Positions 49,079 through 58,473 of a DNA stretch of 64,000 bases are shown one piece after another. The translations under genes and the position numbers were made by a program. Under the pieces are notes generated by a model. It had not been told where the DNA came from. It saw only the letters and a program-made list of their open reading frames with translations, and did no database searches. Position 1 is the first letter of the stretch; each line of letters begins with the position of its first letter. Source of the stretch: Euglena gracilis (taxonomy: Eukaryota); the NCBI GenBank assembly GCA_039621445.1, contig CP154954.1:18072589-18136588 (forward strand). The letters are read 5' to 3'.

Positions 49079-52000
49079 CGCCGCCGAGATGGTGGGCATG
49101 GGCCTGCAACGCTACGTCCAGTCAAGCCACCTCCAAGGGGACAACGACTACGTGGTGTTGCAGGTGGATATGCGCAATGCCTTCAACTCCATCAGTAGGG
49201 ATGCAATGCTCCGGGGATGCTTGGCCAAGGTACCCACGGCGTACAACTGGCTGCGCTTTTGCTACAGTGGACCAAGTCCGCTGTTCTGCCAAGGGCGCTT
49301 CCTGTGTACAAGCCAGATCGGAGTGCATCAAGGCGACGCATGCGGGCCCTTGGGCTTTGCACTGGGCTTGGACTACGCCCTTGACCAGTGCTTTGCCCGG
49401 GACTTGGCATGGGAGTCTTGGTACCTCGACGACGGCCACATCGTGGGGAAACCAGCAGTGGTTTTGGCCCGCCTCCATGACCTCAGCACGGTCCTGGAGC
49501 GAGTAGGCCTCCACCTCAATTTGGCCAAGTGCAAATTTTGGGGACCTGGGATGCAAACGGTCAATCAAGCCGGGCCACATTACCCAGACGGTTTGGCAGA
49601 AGACCACTTGGGACGACAAGTGCCCGTGATTCCCTTTGGAGGACCGAGGGGCATCACGACCCTGGGCGTCCCAATTGATGCCCCGCGGGAGCATCGCACA
49701 GCACAAGAGGACACGCCAAGAGCACCACAATGCCAAGCCGTGTGGGAAGAGACCGTGGACAGGGCGACCTTGCTCCTGGAACGGCTCAGGGGATACCCAG
49801 AGGGGCAAGTGCGGCACGCACTCTTGCGGTACTGTCTTGACGGATGTCGGGTGGTCCACCTCCTCCGATCAACGGAGAGAGAAAACGCACGGGACTCCCC
49901 GCTCATTCTCAGGGCACGGCTGCAGGAAGCCGTACAAGATCTCCTCGGACTGGGAATCACCGAGAGTTCATGGGATCAAGTCTCCCTGCCCATCCGCCAA
50001 GGAGGACTCGGAATCTCGGACCCCGAAGTGTTGCAACCCGCGGCACGGATGGCGGCCTTGCTGAATCTGGGGATGCACGGCAGCCAAGCAGTGGGGGTGC
50101 CAGCCTCGGTGTTGGCAACCCCATCCCCGGACATGCAAGACACGCTACAACGGTTGCAGCAACAGCTTGGCCCCAACATGGATCCCGTGGCCAGCTGGCT
50201 CGCAGGCACCACCCCACTCTCCTCCGCAGCACCAGAACACGCCACCCAACGGTGGTGGGCGGAGAAAGTTGCGGAAATGCAGAGCCAGCGAGTCGACGCG
50301 GTCGGCTCTGCCAGGGACCGGGTGAGACGGGCTTGCCAAAAGGGACCGGTGGCAACGGGATGGCTGCGGACTTTGCCCAGCAAGGCACAGCACACAGCTT
50401 TCTCGGACACCCAATACCGGCTGCTACTACGGTGGTGGCTTGGCCTGCCCATCCTCCCTTCAGGGGTCACGCTGCCGGGGTGCCCACTGTGTCGGGGGTC
50501 CATTGATCCTTTCGGGGATCACTTCGTCTGCTGCGAGCAGAATGGAAACACCCAACGGCACAATGGAGGCGTGAGGACGGACGGACGGACGGACGGACGG
50601 ACGGACGGACGGCTAGAGAAAATTCCTTTCATCTGGACGGACGGCTGGACAGGGTGCATTTTGGTCTGGACGGACGGACGGCTAGGTTGGTCTCAAAATC
50701 GCGAGAGTGCACGTATTCCTAATTACTGTGGCTTTTCTGGTTGTGTTTTTTCGACATGTCACATGGCTGAGACCCCTGGCGGGGTTCTAGTTACAAGCTG
50801 GTATTATCAAGTACAATTTTTTGTCAAGTTTCAAGTTCAAGTGCAACTTATGATTCCAAGGACAAGACGAAGGCGAAGTGGAGTACTGTTTGCAAGCGGA
50901 TATGTACGCTGGTGGACAGGGCTTCTGGCCTCAGTGCTGGGGCTTCTTTGGCGTGATGCTGCTGGTTGCTGTGGAATTGACTTTAAGAAGTCGGTCTGTT
51001 TCAGTTTGTGTGAACTGTGTTTTGTTTCTTGCCTTTTCTTTTTGTTTCTGTTTACAAAATAGCCCCAGAACAAAGGAAACCGAGAAACTTCGGTCAGTTT
51101 TTGCAAAGCTCCCATTCAGATTGTGGCAGTGTGCCAAATGTGAAAGGGATTTTGAAGATTTTGAAGATTTTTGGGCACAGGTGGTGGCCAGTTTTTGGGC
51201 CACATGTGTTGGCAAGTTTTTGGCCAGATGTGGTGGCCAGTTTTGGGCCAGATGTTGCCAGATTTGGGCCAGATGGTGCCAGATTTTGACCAGAAACGTT
51301 TTATCGTGATGCTTTTTTTGAAACTTTTTTTTGTTTCTTGCATTCTTTTTTTGCTGTCCAACAAGTTCTCTTTGCCAAAGAAAGCTAAAAAATTGGGGGG
51401 TGCAGTTTTTGATCCAGCAAATGGCAGTTGGAGGGTTTGTGCTGGCCAGTTGTGGAACCGATGGGTGGCCAGGTTTTGGGCCAGTTTTGTTGCCGATATT
51501 TTCTCAAGCATGCAGACCAATGGGCCGCAGGTTTTTTTCGGCGGGGTCTTTTTGTCCGGAGCTCCTACCGGTGAAAGCCAACGCGGCCTTGTGTCGTTCC
51601 GAAAATTCACCTCGGCGGCTTCTGAACCGGGGAAAACTTCGCTCACCTCCCGCGCAAACAGTTCATTCCTGATCCAGCAATCACTCCGTGCGGCGTACGT
51701 ATTGTTTGGTCTGGATGGCCGGGCGGCTAGCGACAGTGGCTTTCATCTGGACGGACGGCTGGACAGCCGGCATGTTGGTCGGCCAGGTTGGTCTGCCAGC
51801 CGGCTAGGTTGGTCCGGCCAAACGCCCCCAATGCATTCCGAGATGCTTTTGCGGCGATGTGTGCCCGGTACAACATTGCGGTGGAGAAGGAGGCCGAGTG
51901 TTTGGCGAACAAAAGACCAGCCGACATTCTCCTCATCAACTGGTCACGGGGGCAACACGTGGCAGTTGATTTCGTCTGCAGCCACCCCGCGGGGCTGGGA

Positions 52001-52664
52001 GAGCACCCACTGGTGGTGGACAATGCCCGCAGGCATTGCAACCAGGTGGAAACCAGGAAAGTGCAGACGGATGGCCCCCCGTGTCAGGCGAAGGGGTGGG
52101 GCTTCTCACCCTTCGGCCTGAGCACATGGGGAGGCCTGGGGACCTCTGCCAAGGCGGTGCTGTTTGAGGTCACCAAAAGGGCCACCGCAGACATGCGGGG
52201 ATGGCCAAAGACAAGGGCCCTGCAAGAAATGCAGGAAGCACTATCGGTGACACTCATGCGCCACGTGGCGCGGCAGCTTTCCGCCAGGGACCGCGTGGAG
52301 GAGGCCCTCCACCCATGGTAAGTCCCCAACCCCCACCGCAGACCACACCAAAAGCGAGCAAGACCAAGACCAAGACGGCCACAACCCACAAAGCGCGGAG
52401 GTTCCCCACGGAAACACCCCCCCCCCAAAAGGCGGCCCCCCCCCACACAAAAAAAAAAAAAAAACGAAGCCGCCAAAAAAAAAAAAACAGAGCCTACACG
52501 CCAGGCGAAAGGCATCCGCCCAACGAGGCGACAAAGGGGAGTGGAGCCGGCAAAAGCAACACACACGCAAAGGGTAGCCCGCCCGCCCTGGACTCCACAA
52601 GGTGAGAAGAGAGTGCACGCGCGACCCAGCAAGCCGGCTATAGCCCCTAAAAACAAAAAAAAAA
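49079..52664 (+). mobile_element. 5'-truncated CRE-like non-LTR retrotransposon (RT, CCHC zinc finger, restriction-like endonuclease), interrupted by a DNA element at 50565-51829
   Basis: Motifs QVDMRNAFNS, GVHQGDACGPLGF, WYLDDG, CPLCRGSIDPFGDHFVCC, RPADILL..VAVDFVC; stop at 52321; A-rich tail to 52664; TSD TTTCTGCACAA at 49068-49078 and 52665-52675. Removing the insert and one AAT restores the frame (RHNAFRD). Confidence 0.92.
50565..51829 (+). mobile_element. GGAC-repeat DNA element, type A (1.27 kb), inserted in the CRE ORF
   Basis: Ends GGAGGCGT...ACGCCCCC; TSD AAT at 50562-50564 and 51830-51832. Confidence 0.9.
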
Positions 52665-52957
52665 TTTCTGCACAAAATGTCAGGCCTGGTCAGAAGTTCA
52701 TATTTCTCTGCTGCAGATCACGGGCAAGAGACCTCTGAAGTCTATCGTGCAGAAGTGGGTGAGGCGCTTTTGGAGATGATTGCATGGTGCTTAGACCCTG
52801 TACACAGGTGGCTTGAGTTGAAATGAACTTATTGGAAGGAGTTTGTTGGTGACTAATCTGGACAAACTGCTCCATTGTGTTGGAATGCCTATCTTGTGTG
52901 CTTTCTGTTTCCTGTTGCTGTGTCGAAAAAGGCGAAGGTTTTTGTCTGTCCATGTGA

Positions 52958-53238
52958 TGGCCAGTTTTGGGCCAGATGTGTGGCCAGTTTTGGGCCAGAT
53001 GTGTTCGTCAGTTTTGACCAGAGGTCATGGCCAGTTTTGGGCCAGATGTGCTGGCCAGTTTTGGGCCATGTGTGGTGGCCAGTTTTGGGCCACATGTGCT
53101 GGCCAGTTTTGGGCCAGATGTGATGGTCAGGTTTGGGCCAAGTGTGCTGGCCAGTTTTGGGTCAGATGTGACGGCCAGTTTTGGGCCACAGGACGTGGCC
53201 AGTTTTGGGCCACAGGCTGTGCCCAGTTTTGGGCCACA
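52958..53238. repeat. ~23-bp minisatellite GGCCAGTTTTGGGCCA(G/C)ATGTG; also at ~36636-36870, 41035-41117 and 51170-51290
   Basis: About 12 tandem units visible. Confidence 0.85.
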
Positions 53239-56200
53239 ACCTTTTCTCAGGAGTTCTTTGGGTGCGATTCTCGAGGAGGGGGGGAGGGCACAAAAGGGTT
53301 TTTGCGTTTTTTTTGGCAAAATTTGTGTTGGGGGGCTTTTCTGTGCTGCTCGGTTGTTTTTCCGTGCCCCCCTCCGTCTTCTGGCGGAGTCATATAGTGC
53401 TCCCGTTGCTAGGGTGTTGATCGTTCCATGAAACCGAAAGTGCTTCCCAGCTGGAATAACTAAATAAGACGAGACTATTTTTAGTTGCGGTTGCGACTGC
53501 TCGCCGTTGACACATCCGCCGGCATGGATGTTGCGATTAAACCTGGCGAGCACAGCCGTCGAGCGTAATAAAAACCGGCGAGGTTGTGCCGCTGTGGCTT
53601 TGCCCTTCTTTAAACTTTGGCGCTCTCTGGTGGGCACTAAAAAAAGGAGGAGGCGCCCCAGCCGCGGCCAGCCACGGCTAGCCGTGGCTGGCGGCTGGGA
53701 GAAAAGAGGAGGAGGAGGTCTGGCTGGTGGCTGGTGAAAAAAAGAGGAGGAGGAGGTCTGGCCGGTATCTGGCTGGCCGTGGGGACCCCAGCTCCCTTGA
53801 ATTCGAAGTTCGCGGACACCAAATTAGGATCAAATTTAATGCCATTGCATTACCAACGAACTGTTCTTTCCCCATCCAGATCAAAGTTCAACCAACCAGA
53901 CGGTTCATATTGGGCGAATTTGAAGACTTTGGGATTTTGCTGTCTGGACCAGATTTATGATGACAACTTCACAGTTGAAGGTATGATCCCTTTCGCTTGT
54001 TCCGCTGAATTGCTCATTTTTTCCAGTGAAAGTCGGCTGTGTTGACCCTTTCCACTGTTTGTCTGTGAAAATAAATTTAAATGAAAAATTTGTGGCTGTT
54101 GCATCAACTGTTGGCATGCATCTGTGGCATCACATGGTTTTTCAATGCAACCTTCTGTCAAAACCTGTTCATGTTTTCCTGTTTTTTGGGAATTTTTTGC
54201 ACCATCATTCATGGCCAACATCTCACATCACAGTTATCACAATTGACACACATTGACTGTGTGCATTGTTGCAATTGCAATTGTGTGTTTGAATGCATTT
54301 TTCAGGTGAATTGACAGAAACTGAAGAACAGAGAAGCAGCTGGATTCTAATGACGGACAAGGAAGGCAGGTGAAAAAGTTGTTTGTAACTGCTGCACTGT
54401 AATATGGCGCCCGTTTTTTTTTTCTGCTGCATTGTTTGTGTTCTGCAAATGTGTGTCTGTGTTTTCAATTTTTTTTCTGGCCAAAATCCCAACTTTTTTT
54501 CAAGGATCGTTTTGTCATCAACATGTTGCACATTTAATGCCTCACAGTTCAACTTCGCATTTCATCAAACGTTGGGTTTGAAACACCAGGTTGTTCTTTT
54601 TGTGTTTTTATTTGTATTTTTGGGGGAAACTGAAACAAAACCTTTTCCTTTTCAGGCTGGATTTCTTTAGGTTTTTTTTTTGCGGGCCTTGGGCGCAAAA
54701 AAACGTTGGGTGAATGATCAAATCAGGCTTCCGCAAAAAATTGAACACACCACCCTTCGAGTTAGTGTTCTGCCGCTTTTTCCCGGTGGGGAACCCTGCG
54801 GGACTGGGGGGCGGATAGGACACACCACCAACGCCCCGCCGGCCCATGTCCGCTTCCCCACTGCGGCCAAACGGCGGCGCAGAATTGTTCCGTCGTCCGA
54901 GATAAGTACGTGTTTGTCGTCCGGTGAATCGGCCTCCCCATTACGAAAACACTAATTCCTGCTCAAGCCATGAGTTCGTGCGGCGTACACATTGTTTGGT
55001 CTGGATGGCCGGGCGGCTAGCGACAATGGCTTTCATCTGGACGGACGGCTGGACAGCCGGCATGTTGGTCGGCTAGGTTGGTCTGCCAGCCGGCCAGGTT
55101 GGTCTGCCAGCCGGCTGGGTTGGTCCGGCCAAACGCCCCCATTGGTCCGGCTTGACGGACGGCTGGCGAAAAAATGCTTCGTCCGGACGGACGGCTGGGC
55201 GTCCAGCATTGGTCCAGCTGAAGAGGTCCGGACGGCTCGGACGGCTAGCCGGCCAGCCGCCCCCACAGAAATCTCGAGAGCATGGCGGATCCCCCGGGCC
55301 TGCAGCTGGGCACCCAGAAAGTGTTGAACCGGTGGTGGCGCTCCCACAACTTGTTCTTGTGGCAGCACAGAGCGTGATCCCCAAAGGGATCCACCACCTG
55401 CCCGCAACCCAAGGGGCAGGGTGAACCTGCCAGGCTCAACGGGATGATGCAACCCCATCAGGCGAAACGATGCACCGTCCACGGCAAACCCGGCAGCCAG
55501 AGGGGCGAGCCCCGATCCAGCTCGAGCACGGGGGTGGGCCGGGTCACGGGGGGGTCACGGGGGGGGTCACGGGGGGGATATGGCCTCCTCTTCAATGTTT
55601 CCGGCTTCCGCGACATTTGAAAAAAAATACTGAAAGCAGTTGTGATTGAAGCACGTGCGTTTGCGGACCCCAAAATCGGGGGGTGTTCAAATCCGGGTCA
55701 CGGGGGGGTCACGGGGGGGGGGGTCACGGGGGGTCACGGGGACGACACTCCAATGGAAGAACTCTGATGCTCAAAGCGGACCCGGTCTCGGTCGTTCAAG
55801 GTCGTGAGGAATGCCGGACGTGCTGCTTGGCGCAGCTGATCGCTCCACCATGCCTGATCGTGGTGGGTGGTGTCGTCAGGGGTCAAGGCGCCGTTTCCTG
55901 CCCATCTCCGCACTGGCTCGAGGCATCCCCCAAGTGCTTTTGCAGCCCGGAGAGTAGATCGTTTAATCCGTCAATGGGGGCGCGAGAAATGTTACTCAGG
56001 CCCAAGGAGTTGGGTGCATGGTGGATCCATGACAACAGTGCACTCAGACGTGCCGGCAGGACGGAGTCCAGTGCCAGCTTCTTAGGGAGATTTCATTGTC
56101 AAAAAACGGGAGGGACCAATTAATCGTTAATCGTCCGAGACACCCCGATTAATCGCGATTAATCGTTCGCCAGCCCGAAACGATTAATTGGCACAACCCT

Positions 56201-57213
56201 ACCAGCCGGATACCGAAACCACCCAAACGCAGAGGCAGGGCAGCCTGGGCCCATTGTGTGTCGGTGACAGAGCAATCCAAAATCTGCTGGAAAGTAGCCC
56301 GGAGGCATCCGTCCGCACGGGCCAGCAAGTGGGGAAAGGGGAGGCAGTGAGCACTACGCACAAAGAACTGAACTTAGAGGCGTCGAAACAGAAGTGGAGT
56401 AAGGACAGTTGGACTTGGGGGTCTTGCACGGAGCCCAGCAGTGCTGTTGCTTGCTCATGCTTGGAGATACCTCTAATTGCTGGCGAACAAAGGACACATC
56501 CGAAGGGTGATGGATCGGGACGCCCAACACCGAGACCCGGAGTCGAGGGTGAAGGGAACGACAAAGGCCCCACGCAAGACGGAATCATCATGCAGAGAGG
56601 GGATATGCCGAACCCCTGGGCCCCACACGGTAGTCTTGGTTAGATTCAGAGAACACCCCAGGCGGCCCAGGCCGATCTGGAGGTGTGCTAGGGCGCGATC
56701 AGCAGTTGGGACGTCTGACAAGATGGACCCGTCGTCCAAGTACCAGAAGGAATTGCCCCGTCCTGGTGCCGAAAGCAGGGTGTCGTGAATGGCTAGCGAG
56801 AACAGGAGAGGCACGAGGGGTGCTCCCTGCTGCCCACCTTCCGTGCTCTAGATCTCGTTGTCCCCAACGAACAAACGGGATGGCTGCAGGGAAAGGCGGC
56901 ACCAGTGCAGCAAGTGCGGGGCCTGGCGCTTGACGGCATCAATGATGGCAGCCCGCTTTACAGAATTGAAGGCATTCCGTATGTCGACCTGGAGTACACC
57001 CAGTCAGGGTCGTCCCTGCGCTCAGATGTTGCAGCGAGATCCCAATTTGCTCGCAGGCGCTTTTGCCTCCAAAGGCGGACTGTAACGGGCGCAGGTTGGC
57101 GCCCACGTCCTCTGTCTTGGGAAGAGCCATGAGGCATTTTTCCACAAAGGTCTCCCCGACGGCAACCGGGCGTACCCCGTCGTCCTTCTTCCGCAAAGGG
57201 AAGAGGTTGGCCG

Positions 57214-57998
57214 CAGGGGTGTAGAAGTAATTTTTTCTCGGGGGGGGGGGCGAGATCCTCGACAAGACTGAAAATATCCATTTTTCCCTCGCCGCCCGAA
57301 GGGCGGCGAAATGGTGGTGCTTTTTTGAAAGATGGCATTGAATGTTACAAAAAAAATGTGGCAATTTTTGGCATTATGACACTGATCCATCACAACTTGG
57401 AAGCTTTTAAGTCACCCGAAGGGCGGCAAAACGGTAGTGCTTTTTTGAAAGATGGCATTGAATGTTACAAAAAAAGCCGCCATTTTTACATTATGCCACC
57501 AATCCATCACAATTTGGAAGAGCCGCCCAACAAGCGGCAAGAGTGACGCCTTTTTGTGTTTCAGGATTTGTGTCTTAGGATTTGCGTGGAACAAAAAAAA
57601 TCTATTGCCGCCCGAAGGGCGGCTGACGGTAATGCAATTTTCCAAAACCTTCCCCAAAAAGACTTGTCAACTTGCCAAACTTGTCAACAAAAATTGTGTG
57701 CTCTTGAAAAAAAAAGAGCTTTGGAAGCGAAGTCAAGATGCATGTTTTCCTGTTTGCCGAGATTTTCGCCCCCTCCGACCCATGAATTCAGGACGTCTTT
57801 GGCCGCACAAAGGGCGGCGAGACGGTAGCGATGTCTAACAGCAAAAACACCCTAAAGTTCAATGAAAAGTTGAATTCTCGGTGTGAGAAATTGAAAAAAC
57901 CACAAACAATGTGAATCACACACTTTTCAAAAAAAATTTCTTCCCAAAATGTCGGGGGGGGCGGCCGCCCCCCCCGACCCCCCACTTCTACACCTATG
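57214..57998. mobile_element. hAT-type non-autonomous element in the minus-strand CRE RT region
   Basis: TIR CAGGGGTGTAGAA/TTCTACACCTATG; perfect 8-bp TSD GTTGGCCG. Confidence 0.88.
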
Positions 57999-58161
57999 GT
58001 TGGCCGAGCATAGCCATTCCGCTGCCGTGGGGTGCAGAGACCCCTGGGTGCACTGTTGGACAAGGTCGTCCAAGGCCTACAGCAACGGAGTGGGTTCCCA
58101 CTGCCACCGTCCCGTAACAGTTCGGCAAGGTATGCGGGTCGCAGGCCAGACGGCCCCGGTG

Positions 58162-58473
58162 GGCTCCCGGTTCTGGCCTGGGGGGGGGGGGTAGTGGGGG
58201 TCGACCATGGTCGCTCTCGGTCGCTATGGGTGATTCCTACCGGGATTTTTTTTCACCTTTTTTGCCATGTAGCGGCGTAGGCAACTGTTCCAGGGCCCTA
58301 AAATAACAAAATCCCTTGTGTGTGTAACGCCTTTTGCTTGTATGTTGCGGCAATTTGCCCGGTTAAACACTTTCTGACATTCACAGGCCCACGACCGAGA
58401 GCGACCGAGAGCGACCATGGTCGCTCTCGGTCGACCCCCACTTCCCCCCCCCCCCAGGATATAGCAACCCCCC
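58162..58473. mobile_element. Short MULE-like MITE of the same family
   Basis: 9-bp TSD GCCCCGGTG; inverted homologue of 46292-46602. Confidence 0.82.

Larger units (their letters stand above)
48201..55140 (+). mobile_element. GGAC-repeat DNA element, type A (large), hosting the plus-strand CRE element
   Basis: Ends GGGGGCGTGAGGACGG...GGCCAAACGCCCCC match those of 50565-51829; flanks are AAT and ATT. Confidence 0.8.

Noticed and set aside
50565-51062. C-terminal ~165 aa of the 657-aa ORF
   Set aside because: Read-through into the inserted GGAC element; the real frame resumes at 51833.
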